64,000 bases of DNA from a candidate division FCPU426 bacterium (GTDB taxonomy: Bacteria > Oederibacteriota > PGYV01 > Palsa-1178), in contig CAWIXE010000003.1 of assembly GCA_963840035.1 (NCBI GenBank), positions 64,001-128,000 of the forward strand. Direction: 5' to 3'. The notes beneath the pieces were generated by a model, which searched no databases, was not told where the DNA came from, and worked only from the letters and a program-made list of their open reading frames with translations. Of this stretch, positions 20,498-30,200 are shown piece by piece; the stretch's first letter is position 1; each line of letters starts with the position of its first letter. The translations under genes were made by a program, and so were the position numbers.

Positions 20498-21217
20498 ATG
20501 ATGCCGGATAGGACGGATTTTACATCGTTCGCGATCTCGGTCGTGATGCACCTGCTGGTCCTGCTTTTATTATCAAGGCTTATCACACAGCAGGAGCCGC
20601 GCAGGGTGGCGTTAATCACAGATGTCACTTTAGTTGACGTGAAGGACCTTTCAGGCCGGGTCGGCACGGAAGAAAAGACCGTCGGCATGGAACAAAAACA
20701 GGAAAAGATTGCCACCACCATAAAGAAAAAGGTGGTAAAAAAGACTCCGGTTAAAAAGAGCGAAGTCACTGATGTCAAAAGCCTTCTTAAAAAAATAGAG
20801 GCTGAAAAGGCCAAGCTTGACATGGGGATAACAAGGGAAAATTTAAGGGATACAACGGACACGGAAGCTTCCAATAACGCCGTGAGCGATGATGAAGGCA
20901 CCGAGAGCACCGAGGAAAACGTGGTGGCGGGAAGCGCGCCGGCCATATCAGGCGATATAGCAGCCAGAAAATACAAAAGCCTTGACTGGAAATTTCCGGA
21001 AAAGCTTCCGGAAGAAACAGAGCTTATGATAGAGATAACGGTTTTGCCAAGCGGCATCATAAAGAACGTGAAACTTGTAAGGACTTCGGGTTACCCCGAG
21101 CTTGACAGGCTGGCTTTTTCACAGGCCAGAAAGATGCAGTTCGACCCTTTACCTCCCGGAGCAAAGGAAGAAGAGCAGCTCGGAGTATTGCTATTCAAGT
21201 TTGGAGTTGAAAAATGA
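20498..21217 (+). CDS. tonB: TonB-family energy transducer
   Basis: TM with S-x3-H (SVVMH); C-terminal RTSGYPELDRLA domain. Confidence 0.85.
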   Translation: MMPDRTDFTSFAISVVMHLLVLLLLSRLITQQEPRRVALITDVTLVDVKDLSGRVGTEEKTVGMEQKQEKIATTIKKKVVKKTPVKKSEVTDVKSLLKKIEAEKAKLDMGITRENLRDTTDTEASNNAVSDDEGTESTEENVVAGSAPAISGDIAARKYKSLDWKFPEKLPEETELMIEITVLPSGIIKNVKLVRTSGYPELDRLAFSQARKMQFDPLPPGAKEEEQLGVLLFKFGVEK

Positions 21218-21750
21218 AGGCAAAAAAAGTTAAAAAGATAAAAAAGGCCGCAAAAGCAAAAGCAACCGGGCCGGTAAAAAAGAAAACAGCGTCAAAGCCG
21301 AAGGCGAAATCCGCGGTCAGGCCGAAAACAAAGGCAAAACCCTCAAAGAAAAAGGCGGCGGCTGTAAAGCCGGAAATAAAAATTGAAAAGAAAGAAAAAA
21401 TTGACCTTCCGGAGGCTGTGGTAAAAGCAATACAGTCGCTTGACGCAAGGAAAGCGGTCGACATAAAGGTTTATAATGTTTCCGGGTTAACGGCCCTGTG
21501 GGATTATTTCATCATATGCGGCGCCACATCTTCCGTGCACGGCGGGGCGCTGCGTGACAGCCTGAAAAAAGACATGGCGGCATTGGGTATGCCCATATCA
21601 CGCGAGGACAGGGGCCGGGAATCAAGCTGGCACATCGTTGATTTTGGCGACATGCTGGTGCATATTTTCGAGGCACAGTCGCGCGCTTATTATTCACTTG
21701 AAGAAGTCTGGGGCGGCAGGGAAGTCAACATTAAAAATATCCTGATCTGA
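21214..21750 (+). CDS. rsfS: Ribosome silencing factor with Lys/Ala-rich N-terminal extension
   Basis: KAVDI, DYFIICGATS, WHIVDFGDMLVHIF and YYSLEEVW. Confidence 0.88.
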   Translation: MKAKKVKKIKKAAKAKATGPVKKKTASKPKAKSAVRPKTKAKPSKKKAAAVKPEIKIEKKEKIDLPEAVVKAIQSLDARKAVDIKVYNVSGLTALWDYFIICGATSSVHGGALRDSLKKDMAALGMPISREDRGRESSWHIVDFGDMLVHIFEAQSRAYYSLEEVWGGREVNIKNILI

Positions 21751-21762
21751 AAAACGGGAGAT

Positions 21763-22014
21763 ATGATGAAAAAAATATCCTTAAAGCTTGAAATCGACGC
21801 GTACACGGAAAAAGCGGTCCGCAAATACTGCAGGGACGCCGGCATAACCATGGAAAAGTTCATGGAAGAGGCTGTTTTTGAAAAACTGGAAGCCGGCGAC
21901 CTTGGCGGCGAGTTTGTCGGCGTGGATGAGATAGACGACTCCAGGTTTGACGCGGGAACCCCGGAAAACACACTTTTTGAATCCGAAGAGGATTTATACA
22001 AGAAGAAGCACTGA
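21763..22014 (+). CDS. Small ribbon-helix-helix-like protein with acidic tail
   Basis: Strand KISLKLEI followed by two helices; RBS GGGAG. Confidence 0.55.
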   Translation: MMKKISLKLEIDAYTEKAVRKYCRDAGITMEKFMEEAVFEKLEAGDLGGEFVGVDEIDDSRFDAGTPENTLFESEEDLYKKKH

Positions 22015-22015
22015 C

Positions 22016-22642
22016 ATGAAAGTTTTTGACAGTTTGAAAAGTTTTGACATGGAATACGCCGGCAGCGGCGCGCTCGCGGGAGTGGATGAAGCGGGCCGCG
22101 GGCCATGGGCCGGGCCGGTGGTCGCGGCCGCGGTTATATTAAACCCGGCAATGACAGAAACCCTTTCTGAAATAAACGACTCAAAAAAAATCAACGAGAA
22201 GAAAAGGGAAGAACTTTTTGATGTTGTTATAAACGCCTCGCTTGCTTATTCCATAGCTGAGGTATCAAGCTTAATGATAGATAAAACGGATATTTTAAAG
22301 GCGACCATGGAAGCGATGAAAAACGCGGTAAAGGGGTTAAAGACGCAGCCTTCCCTGGTGCTTGTTGACGGCATATCAAAGCCGGACACCGGGGGAATAA
22401 AACTGGAGACAGTTGTGGACGGGGACGCGAAGTCGCTCTCGATTGCGGCAGCTTCGATACTTGCAAAAGTTTACAGGGACAGGATAATGAGAAACTTTGA
22501 CAGGCAGTACCCGGCATACGGGTTCGCTAAACATAAGGGATACGGCACGGCCGCGCACATAAAGGCATTAAAGGAAAACGGTGTCTGCCCGATACACAGG
22601 ATGACTTATAAACCCGTTAAAGAGATAAGTAATAAGCGATAA
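22016..22642 (+). CDS. rnhB: Ribonuclease HII
   Basis: GVDEAGRGP, DSKK, SIAAASILAKV and HKGYGT. Confidence 0.96.
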   Translation: MKVFDSLKSFDMEYAGSGALAGVDEAGRGPWAGPVVAAAVILNPAMTETLSEINDSKKINEKKREELFDVVINASLAYSIAEVSSLMIDKTDILKATMEAMKNAVKGLKTQPSLVLVDGISKPDTGGIKLETVVDGDAKSLSIAAASILAKVYRDRIMRNFDRQYPAYGFAKHKGYGTAAHIKALKENGVCPIHRMTYKPVKEISNKR

Positions 22643-22679
22643 GTTGCGGAAGTAAAAGTTGTGTTGATAGATTTAATGA

Positions 22680-22793
22680 TGTCATTGCGAGGAGGCGTTT
22701 TTGTATTTTGCCGACGAAGCAATCTTGCTGCTTTTAAAGGAGAAACGAGATTGCTTCGTCGCCATAAAGCAAGTACGGCTCCTCGCAATGACA
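22680..22793. repeat. REP-like palindrome, TGTCATTGCGAG family, copy 1
   Basis: TGTCATTGCGAGGAG...GACGAAGCAATC...GATTGCTTCGTC...CTCCTCGCAATGACA. Confidence 0.92.
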
Positions 22794-22810
22794 AACTGTA
22801 AGGGGGATTT

Positions 22811-23191
22811 ATGCAGGGGGGGTTTAAAAACCGCAGGCAGAAAGGCATTGAATTCGAGGAAGAGGCGGTGGAGTATTTAAAGGGCCTCGGGTATGAAATT
22901 ATAGAAAAGAACTATAATGCGCGTTTTGGCGAGATCGACATTGTAGCGGGCGTACCTGATGAAAAAACCCTGGTGTTTGTTGAAGTTAAGGCAAAAGACA
23001 TAAGCACGGGCATTCATCCGTTTGAAGCGGTGGACGCCAGGAAACAAAAAAACCTTATCATGGCAGCCAGGGAATATATGGCTTCGCATAATATAGAAAA
23101 TACATATATAAGGTTTGATGTAATAGGCATAATTTCCAGCGGCAAAGAAGTGCGTAAGCTTGAGCTGTTAAAGGATGCTTTTCAGGCGTGA
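22811..23191 (+). CDS. yraN: YraN (UPF0102) family endonuclease-like protein
   Basis: GEIDIV, LVFVEVK and RFDVI. Confidence 0.9.
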   Translation: MQGGFKNRRQKGIEFEEEAVEYLKGLGYEIIEKNYNARFGEIDIVAGVPDEKTLVFVEVKAKDISTGIHPFEAVDARKQKNLIMAAREYMASHNIENTYIRFDVIGIISSGKEVRKLELLKDAFQA

Positions 23192-23232
23192 AGATCCAAT
23201 AATTGGATGCTGTGAAACAGTTGTTTTTTGTT

Positions 23233-23348
23233 TGTCATTGCGAGGAGGCGTTTTGGAATTATGCCGACGAAGCAATCTTGATGTTTCTTTAAGGCAAATA
23301 CGAGATTGCTTCGTCGCCGTAAAACAAGAACGGCTCCTCGCAATGACA
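23233..23348. repeat. TGTCATTGCGAG family REP, copy 2
   Basis: Same arms as copy 1. Confidence 0.92.
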
Positions 23349-23464
23349 GCAAAATAGAATACAGCAATAAAATACGGGTTTTCCGGCGTTGTCATTTAAT
23401 TTGTTTTTAACTTAATCACCATACAAAATATGCTATAATATAGAAAAGAAAACTTGGAGATGAC

Positions 23465-24295
23465 ATGGCGGACATACAGATAGCGGTAGCGGCGGCTAAT
23501 TTTGCGCACACATATCCTTCACAGATGTGTAATTTCATACAGTCCAACTTAAGGCCGGGGCAGACGCTTATACAGTGCTCCACCGCGGGTATGGCGGATA
23601 CGGAAAAAGACCGTCTGGAAAAGATACTTGAAAAATCACAGCCTTCTGCTTTGATAGGTATTTGCATTAAGCCGGACCCTAGGACTATCGCGGCATATAA
23701 CGCGGCTAAAGTGCCTGTAATACTCATTGACGAGGAAATAGCCGGCACCTCCACGGTTACCACCGATAACTTCATGGGCGGGTTTATGGCCGGGGATTAC
23801 CTGGCGAAAAAAGGCAGGAAGCATATAGCCGTAGTATGCGGAAGGATGCGCATTGAAGGCGGGTATAACGCCATACAGCGTGTCAGCGGATGCGTCAAGG
23901 CGCTCGCGGAAAACGGGCTGACCCTTCCCGAGGGAGGCATTGTGGAAGTGGTGAGCTATTCATATAATGACGGCGTCGAGGCCATGGCTAAGCTGCTCGA
24001 CGAGAAGCGGGGCATTGACGCCATATTCTGCGCGGCCGGGGACATGTGCGCTGTGGGTCTTTTAAAGACAGCCAGGGAGCGCGGCATCAGAATACCTGAG
24101 GACATAGCCATAATAGGTTACGACGACATAGATGTGGCCAGGACATCAAAACCGCCGCTGACCACCATAAAACAGCCCGAGGAACAAATCGCGGGCACGG
24201 CATACCGCATGGCCACGGAAGAAAAGATAGAGATACTCATGAAACCTAAAAAAATCGTATTTAACCCCGAACTAATCATCCGTCTTTCGGCGTAA
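23465..24295 (+). CDS. LacI/GalR-type ligand-binding domain protein lacking the HTH
   Basis: TDNFMGG, DAIFCAAGD, IPEDIAIIGYDD, PPLTTIKQP and LIIRLS; no N-terminal HTH and no signal peptide. Confidence 0.85.
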   Translation: MADIQIAVAAANFAHTYPSQMCNFIQSNLRPGQTLIQCSTAGMADTEKDRLEKILEKSQPSALIGICIKPDPRTIAAYNAAKVPVILIDEEIAGTSTVTTDNFMGGFMAGDYLAKKGRKHIAVVCGRMRIEGGYNAIQRVSGCVKALAENGLTLPEGGIVEVVSYSYNDGVEAMAKLLDEKRGIDAIFCAAGDMCAVGLLKTARERGIRIPEDIAIIGYDDIDVARTSKPPLTTIKQPEEQIAGTAYRMATEEKIEILMKPKKIVFNPELIIRLSA

Positions 24296-24309
24296 AAGGG
24301 ACAGGTGCC

Positions 24310-25473
24310 ATGGCTGACACAGTAGTTATAAAAAAGTGCGGAGCTTACGCGCTTGACGATGTGCAAAAAAAAATCGAAGAAGGCCTTCAGCTCATCGGCG
24401 GTATAGAAAATTTTATAAAAGAAAACGAAAAGGTCCTCATAAAGGTCAACTGCCTCTTCCCGGCGGAGCCTGAAAAAGCCGTCACTACCAACCCCGTATT
24501 CCTGCAGGCTGTGGTCAGGATACTCAAGAAAAAAACAAAAAACATCATCATAGGAGATTCGCCGGGGTTCGGTAATTTCGCGGCCTCAAAAAAGACCGGA
24601 TACAGGGAAGTGGCGCAAGCGGAAGGCGTGGAGCTTGTTGACTTTAAGGATGACGGCGAGATAAAGAACGAAAAAGGAATGCTGTATAAGACCTTTAGAG
24701 TCACGGACTATGTGAACAAAGTTGACAAGGTAATAAACCTCCCCAAGCTTAAAACACACGGCCTGATGTATATGACGCTGTGCGTTAAGAACATGCTGGG
24801 GACCGTGGCCGGCACCGGAAAGCCGGCTTACCACATGAGGGCCGGCCGCGACAAGATACTCTTCGCGCAGATGCTAGTCGACCTTTTCATGGCAAAACCG
24901 CCGGTATTAAACATTGTGGACGGTATCATAGGGATGGAAGGCAATGGACCGGGCGGCGGGGAACCGGTAAAGACCGGCGTCATAGTAATGGGCGCCGACG
25001 GTTTTGCGGTGGATCATGTAGTCCCCCAGATAGTGGGCTTAAATCCGGACAGGTTATATACGAACGCCGTTTACAGGAAATATATACTGGGCGGCAAATC
25101 GCCTGACGTTGAGATAAGGGGCGATTCCATAAAGGACGCCGCGTATGCGGGAAAGTTTAAGCCCGTGGCTGACGCGGCTGAGGATTCCGGCAAGATGAAC
25201 CGCGGGTTTTTTGGATTCATGTATAAGTCAGCCAAGGACACCATAACACCGAAGCAGGTTTACATTAAGAGCAAATGCACGGGCTGCCTTTCGTGCGTAA
25301 AAGCCTGCCCTGTTGACGCGCTTGTGTACGATAAAAAAGGGAAACGGATCATATGCGATTATGACAAGTGCATCAGGTGTTTCATATGCCAGGAAATATG
25401 CCCGGAAAAGGCAATAGAAATAAAATACCCGCTCATGGGTAAGGTATTAAGCAAACTGATGAATCTGGGATAA
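24310..25473 (+). CDS. DUF362 protein with 2x[4Fe-4S] ferredoxin domain
   Basis: INLPKLKTH and GMEGNGP; two CxxCxxCxxxCP motifs. Confidence 0.9.
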   Translation: MADTVVIKKCGAYALDDVQKKIEEGLQLIGGIENFIKENEKVLIKVNCLFPAEPEKAVTTNPVFLQAVVRILKKKTKNIIIGDSPGFGNFAASKKTGYREVAQAEGVELVDFKDDGEIKNEKGMLYKTFRVTDYVNKVDKVINLPKLKTHGLMYMTLCVKNMLGTVAGTGKPAYHMRAGRDKILFAQMLVDLFMAKPPVLNIVDGIIGMEGNGPGGGEPVKTGVIVMGADGFAVDHVVPQIVGLNPDRLYTNAVYRKYILGGKSPDVEIRGDSIKDAAYAGKFKPVADAAEDSGKMNRGFFGFMYKSAKDTITPKQVYIKSKCTGCLSCVKACPVDALVYDKKGKRIICDYDKCIRCFICQEICPEKAIEIKYPLMGKVLSKLMNLG

Positions 25474-25487
25474 ATTACGGAGGAAAC

Positions 25488-26420
25488 ATGAAGAAGATTA
25501 CGGCAGCATTAATAATTTTATTAGCCGCGTTTCAGGCTGTTTCAGCGGCGACAGCCGTGGAAGTAACGGCGCTCACAGACAGGACAAGCGCCAAGTTAGG
25601 CGATGTCATAAGGTATACGCTTTCCATAAAAAGGACAGGGGACCTGTCACAGTCGCCGGCTTTGAGCCTTCCTTCTTTTGAGGGGTTCAGGGTGGCAGGG
25701 TCATATTCAAATAATTCAATGTCAATTATTAACGGGGCTGCCGCGGCCACAACGCAGCAGATTATAGACCTGTTAGCCGTAAAAAGCGGGGCTGTCGTTA
25801 TAGACCCTTCAAAGGTAAGGTTCTACAACCCCGAGACAAAGCAGTATGAGAATATTGAAACAAAAGCGATCACCATACAGGTGGCCGGCGGAGGCAGGCA
25901 TGCCGCCTCTCAGACGCCGACCGTGGCAGCGCTGCCGACGGCGGTGCCTGACATACGCGGCATCAAGATGAGCTATCAGATAGATTTTACCTCACTGCTG
26001 CCGTATATCATTATTGCGGTCATTTTTCTGGCGGTTTTATATTTTGCCTATAAAAAGTTATTTAAGAAGCCTGCCGCAATACATGCTGTCATTCCTGAGG
26101 ATGATTTCAGGAAAGAGGCGGCAAGAAAACTTAAGGCTGCCCGCGAACTGCTTAAAAAAGGGGATGTCAAAGGGTATTACTCCGGCATATATGAGGCTAT
26201 AAGGTTCTTTATATCAAAGAAACACAGCGATACTTTTGACGAGCTTACCACACAGGAGATAGTCCGCAAGCTTGCCGAAAAAAACATTAAGGAAGAGGGC
26301 ATTAAGCCGGTTTATGAGCTTATGAAGGACTGCGACCTGGTCAAGTTCGCCGATTATAAACCCGCTGATAAGGAAGCGGACGAGGCGTACGCGAGGGCAG
26401 AGGCAATAATTGAAAAGTAA
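25488..26420 (+). CDS. BatD-like exported domain with TM helix and cytoplasmic domain
   Basis: Signal peptide, SMSIING motif, TM helix, DLVKFA motif. Confidence 0.7.
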   Translation: MKKITAALIILLAAFQAVSAATAVEVTALTDRTSAKLGDVIRYTLSIKRTGDLSQSPALSLPSFEGFRVAGSYSNNSMSIINGAAAATTQQIIDLLAVKSGAVVIDPSKVRFYNPETKQYENIETKAITIQVAGGGRHAASQTPTVAALPTAVPDIRGIKMSYQIDFTSLLPYIIIAVIFLAVLYFAYKKLFKKPAAIHAVIPEDDFRKEAARKLKAARELLKKGDVKGYYSGIYEAIRFFISKKHSDTFDELTTQEIVRKLAEKNIKEEGIKPVYELMKDCDLVKFADYKPADKEADEAYARAEAIIEK

Positions 26421-26719
26421 TAAGTAATAGGTAATATGTACTGTTAACATGTCCTGTTTACAGTTTTATGCTTGTCATTGCGAGGAGGCGTTTTTGTCAC
26501 TTGCCGACGAAGCAATCTCGCTGTTTCAGAAGGAAAAAACGAGATTGTGATTCGATGAACTCACCACCGTGAGCCTGTCGAACGGCTTCGTCGCCATAAA
26601 CCAACAGCGGCTCCTCGCAATGACAAACGGTAAACGCATCTTCTTAACAGTACGGGTAATAAGTGAGGCGTTAGGTTTGGTTCACTTCTGACTTATTAAT
26701 TATTAGTTATTACTTATAC
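26417..26719. repeat. Composite: heptamer arms (GTAATAA / TTATTAC type) enclosing REP copy 3
   Basis: gtaataa gtaatag gtaatat at the stop codon; inverted array at about 26683-26719; GTACTGTTAA/TTAACAGTAC inverted repeat at 26438-26653. Confidence 0.75.
26473..26625. repeat. TGTCATTGCGAG family REP, copy 3, with a 38-nt insert at 26548-26585
   Basis: Alignment to copies 1 and 2. Confidence 0.9.
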
Positions 26720-26734
26720 CAAAGGGAGGGTATC

Positions 26735-27115
26735 ATGGCAAAGGAAATCATTTCAACGGGAAAAGCGCCGGCAGCGGCAGGGGCGTATTCGCAGGCGGTA
26801 AAATCTGCAGGTTTAATTTTTGTATCAGGCCAGCTTCCGATAGATATGTCGACAGGATTGCTGTGCAGCGAGGGAGTACATAAGGAGACAAGGCTTATAA
26901 TGGATAATATCGCGGCCATACTTGAGGCGGCCGGCACCAGCGACCAGAATATAATAAAACTGTGCGTATATTTAAGGAAGATAGACGACATAAAGTTCAT
27001 AAATGAGGTGCTGGCGGAACGTTTCGGGACAAACCTCCCGGCCAGGACGACCGTGGAAGTTTCCAGGCTGCCGAAAGACGCCAACGTGGAGATAGACGCG
27101 ATAGCAGCCGAGTAA
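26735..27115 (+). CDS. ridA: RidA/YjgF family enamine deaminase
   Basis: AYSQAV, VSGQLP, PARTTVEV and VEIDAIA. Confidence 0.92.
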   Translation: MAKEIISTGKAPAAAGAYSQAVKSAGLIFVSGQLPIDMSTGLLCSEGVHKETRLIMDNIAAILEAAGTSDQNIIKLCVYLRKIDDIKFINEVLAERFGTNLPARTTVEVSRLPKDANVEIDAIAAE

Positions 27116-27221
27116 AATCGACAATTGACAATTAAAAGGGTGCCGTCAATTTATTATATTAAAGAACCTTGGTTTTTATCCGATATATAATGAAACATCC
27201 TGAAAGGAAAGTAATATTATA

Positions 27222-30200
27222 ATGACAAGAAAAAAACTTGTTTTAGCCCTGTTTTGCCTTTCTTTTTGCCTCTCTTTTTCGGCGCTTTTTGGGGAACGCG
27301 GGCAGACTTCTCTTGTTGCCGGGTTTTCCCGCTATGACGGCGACGGAAACTCACTGCCTTCCGCCACTTTTAACCAGCCAAAGGACATAGCCGTATCAGG
27401 CGGATTCATGTATATTGCCGATACGTCCAATAATGCCATAAGAAAAGTAAACATGTCAAACGGCGTAGTGACTACCCTGGCCGGAAATAAATCAGGCGGC
27501 GATGCCGCGGGTTACGGGACAGCCGCAAGATTCAGCGCGCCGACGGCGCTTTGCGCGGACCCGACCGGGAACACGCTGTATGTGGCGGATACCGGAAATT
27601 CAAGGATAAAGGGCATCAACGCCGCAACCGGGCTTGTTTATAATATTTCGGGCATAGGATACGCCGGGTATCTTGACGGCAGCGCGGCACTTTCCAGGTT
27701 TTCCTATCCTATGGGAATAGCGGCAGACCCCACAGGCAGGTATGTATATGTTTCCGACACATCTAACTACAGAATCAGGCGGATAGACATGTCTTTAAAT
27801 ACCGTGGATACAGTAGCCGGGGCTGTGTTGAACGGTTATCAGGACGGCTCCGGCACAAGCGCGAAATTCAATTTTCCCCAGGGGATTGACATCAATGATT
27901 CAGGCACCATAATATATGTAGCGGATACCTGGAACCAGTGCGTCAGGAAAGTTGATCTGGCTAACAATACAGCCTGCTCGCTGGTGGCAGGCAATACACT
28001 GAGCAGCTATTACGTTGAGGGCACAGGAAATGCGGCGGGTTTTTTCAGGCCTGCTGACGTGTCCCTGGATAATAACGCCAATGTTCTATATGTGGCGGAT
28101 ACATTGCACAATATGATAAGAAAGATAGACCTCTCCACCGGGGCAACCTCGCCGGTAGCCGGAACGCTTACAGCCGGGTCTATAAATGGCATAGGGACGG
28201 CTGCGCTTTTTTCACAGCCAAACGGCGTGTTTTTCAGCCAGGATGACGGTAAAGTATATGTGGCAGACACAGTGAACTCATTTATCAGGGATATATACCC
28301 GGCAAATTCAAACTCGGTGACAAGATTCTGCGGCATGTCCCAGTATGACGGCGACGGGAACACGCTGCCCTCGGCCACATTTAACGCGCCTTCTGACGTG
28401 GCGGTCAATACACTTACAAGCAGGGTATATATCGCTGATTCGTCTAACCATGTGATAAGGATGATTGACGAAAACGGCGTGATTTCAACAATCGCCGGGG
28501 ACGGTAAACAGGGGTATAATTTAGGCATAGGGGCTGTGGCTGAGTTCTCAAATCCGAAGTCAATTGCGCTGGACCCCCTGGATAACCGGCTTTATGTATC
28601 TGATACGAACAACAACAGGATAATGGCAATAGACCTCGCAGACCCGAACTATACTGTTTCGCTTATAGCGGGAAGCGGGGCAGCTGCTTTTAACGATGCG
28701 ACCGGAAGCCTGGCTGCCTTTAAAAATCCGGCGGAAATTGACGTTGATTACATAGGCAAGAGGGTATTTGTGGCAGATGCGGGAAATAACAGGATAAGGA
28801 TGATTACTCTGAGCACCGGGGCTGTGACGACCGTAGCCGGAAAAGATACCACAGGATACTCTACCGGACAGACTATTGGGACCGCGACCTTTATGAATCC
28901 GGAAGGGATTGTTTATCACGCCGGTTCGCCCGGGCAATTCAGCGACGGCCTTTTTATCGCGGATACGGGCCATAACATGATAAGAAGGCTTCCCATAGGC
29001 TCAAGCGTCACAGTGACTGTGGCTGACATAACAGGCCTTAATTCATCGCCGTCATATGTTGACGGTGTGCTGACATCGGCCAGGTTTTATAATCCGTCGA
29101 GGGTAACGCTTGATTTTGTGAACTGGATGCTGTATGTAAGTGACAGCAACAATCACGCTGTAAGGTCAGTTGAATTATGGGTCGGAGGGCAGGTTACAAC
29201 CATAGGCGGCAACGGCACGGCAGGTTATAGCGAAGGCGTTTCCAAAACAGCGCTTTTTAACGCGCCCTTGGGCATGTTTTTCATGCCTGACACGCAGATG
29301 ATATATATAGCCGATGAGTTAAATAATAACATCAGGCTGATAGACGCGTACTATCCCACATGCACACCGACGTTGACGAACACTCCGACTCCCACATGGA
29401 CTTTAGGATACACATTAACGATTACCCCTACATATACGGAAACACAGACATTTACGCCAGTTTATTCGCCAACAGCCACGCAGACAGCGACGCAGACTTC
29501 GACGGTCAGCGATACGGCGACTGTAACGCCTACAATGACCGCAACCCTGACCGCCACCGTATCATCCACTGCGTCTGATACCTCAACTAATACGCACACG
29601 CGCACAGCAACTCCCACGCCGACCATTTCTGCCACGGGGACCATAAGCGCAACAGCCACATTTACTCCGTCACAGTCAGCAACAATGACAGTGAGCCCCA
29701 CGGAGTCAGTGACGGAAACAGCCGCGGCAACGGGCACGTCAACAGCCACGGCCACTGAATCGCCGGTTTATTCGCCGACTTATACGCCGTCATACAGCCC
29801 CACATACACCATCACGGTTACTGCAACCGCGCAGACATTTACAGCTACAGCCACAAATACTGCCACGGCGACAGTGACGGCGACTGCCACGCTGACAAAT
29901 ACGCCTACGCTGACAGACACTCTCACAATTACCGATACAGCCACAATGACGCGGACACCCGGAGGAACGCAGTCATACACGCCTACCATGACACACACCG
30001 CGCAGGCGACAGCCACGGAAACACCGGTGGATTTCTTTGAAAAATCAGTCTTTATAAATGATTTCCTGATATACCCCAACCCGTCGTTTGGCAGGCTTAA
30101 AGTTGTCTATGACATCATCGGGCAGGCCAGGGAAGTCAATTTAAGCGTATATACGCCATCTTTCAGGCTTGTGTGGAGAAAGAGCTACAGCAACGTGACA

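Noticed and set aside
19443..21217. Tol-Pal system
   Set aside because: No tolB or pal; an adjacent barrel and the TonB-like C-terminus favour ExbBD-TonB.
22606..23395. Short ORFs with SLRGAV/RRSNL/PRND motifs (also at 34912, 57802 and 57967)
   Set aside because: They are translations of the REP palindromes.
27119..27133. Short GACAATT repeats (also near 7720, and AATCTCA near 51789)
   Set aside because: Only about two units, too short to count as periodic hairpins, although they may be remnants.
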